Shown here in pieces: positions 48,336 through 48,776 of a stretch of 48,776 nucleotides of DNA. Both the position numbers and the translations under genes were made by a program. Where the stretch lies: NCBI GenBank assembly GCA_030655095.1, contig JAURWF010000032.1, positions 1 through 48,776 of the forward strand, read 5' to 3'. Each line of letters begins with the position of its first letter. Within the stretch, counting starts at the first letter, position 1. The notes beneath the pieces were generated by a model. The model made no database searches, was not told the DNA's origin, and saw only the letters and a program-made list of their open reading frames with translations. Source of the DNA: a bacterium (GTDB taxonomy: Bacteria; Patescibacteriota; Patescibacteriia; Patescibacteriales; GWC2-42-12).

Positions 48336-48776
48336 CTATTTAATTAATAATTCTTCTGGAACAATAAAATTTTTAACATACTCGGAAACGTCCATTATAT
48401 CCAATGGAATTTGCAATCTTTTATCTCTATTAGTCATTAATTTTTCTGCTTTTTTTACCAAGACCAAAGCTTCTTCGGGAATATATTTTTTTGTATATTT
48501 CATTTCGCTAATTCCAGTATCCCCATCTTTAAAATCCACGAGATGTAAACCATTTCTAAAATTATTTTTTGTAATATCTTCTATTGCGCTATAAATAGTT
48601 TCAGGCATTTTTTTTAAACCAGTAACCAAAACTTCTCCTGGAAACATTCCATCATGGTCTATATCAGTGGCAACAGCAAAATATTTAGGAACTTTTGAAC
48701 CGCTAGCTATTTCCTCTTTTGTTATTCCCTCTGCTCTATTAGCCTCTTGAATAACTTCAAATACTCCCTTGCCAGT
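48336..48776 (-). CDS. BMP-family (Med/PnrA-like) ABC-transporter substrate-binding protein, C-terminal part; continues beyond the window
   Basis: The frame is open from 48776. Hand translation gives TGKGVFEVIQEANRAEG...YFAVATDIDHDGMFPGEVLVTGLKKMPETIYSAIEDI..., matching the BMP family pattern. Confidence 0.6.
   Translation of the reverse strand, partial: TGKGVFEVIQEANRAEGITKEEIASGSKVPKYFAVATDIDHDGMFPGEVLVTGLKKMPETIYSAIEDITKNNFRNGLHLVDFKDGDTGISEMKYTKKYIPEEALVLVKKAEKLMTNRDKRLQIPLDIMDVSEYVKNFIVPEELLIK

Noticed and set aside
1-48776. Alternative genetic code (UGA sense, as in some CPR lineages)
   Set aside because: All conserved genes (ppsA, der, clpP, virB4, the giant ORF) are intact under the standard code. 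TGA is used as a terminal stop, for example in the HEPN gene and the 35-aa peptide.

Overview
A 48.8-kb, very AT-rich window (about 30% GC, hand-counted on sample lines). The genes are compact, most lack a Shine-Dalgarno sequence, and secreted Asp-repeat proteins are common. This profile suggests a reduced-genome, Patescibacteria/CPR-like bacterium, but that assignment is inference only.

Housekeeping genes read directly from conserved motifs: DEAD-box helicase, PAP2 phosphatase, rpmG, fba, tpiA, an LCP-family protein, der, pth, clpP, ppsA, rpsF-ssb-rpsR, efp, rsmA, and five tRNAs (Tyr, Thr, Lys, Met/CAU, Arg).

The most interesting region is a roughly 20-kb, all-minus-strand cluster (23494-43945). 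It contains:
- comFC, directly abutting the next gene
- a Gram-positive-type T4SS core: a VirB4-like ATPase, a PrgI/VirB3-like protein, a VirB6-like polytopic protein, and several unknown membrane and coiled-coil proteins
- a 2473-aa secreted, cysteine-rich giant protein

I can recognise no relaxase or coupling protein in the cluster. It is interrupted by accessory cassettes: a truncated Bro-N gene, a DUF4143 ATPase and an MNT/HEPN pair. These cassettes are bounded by copies of a dispersed repeat with core TCAGAAACTNTCAGTGGTTCAGACAA.

Other notable content:
- a DUF433/DUF5615 toxin-antitoxin cassette flanked by a duplicated 61-bp terminator
- a self-contained small-protein operon with its own promoter, a 17-bp-stem leader carrying an anti-SD loop, and its own terminator
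- a MITE-like element of about 490 bp
- several families of palindromic and short tandem 'word' repeats that fill the intergenic spacers
- three GC-richer, SD-bearing insertions

No CRISPR array, rRNA, transposase or integrase was seen. All functional calls rest on motif recognition by eye; no searches were run.
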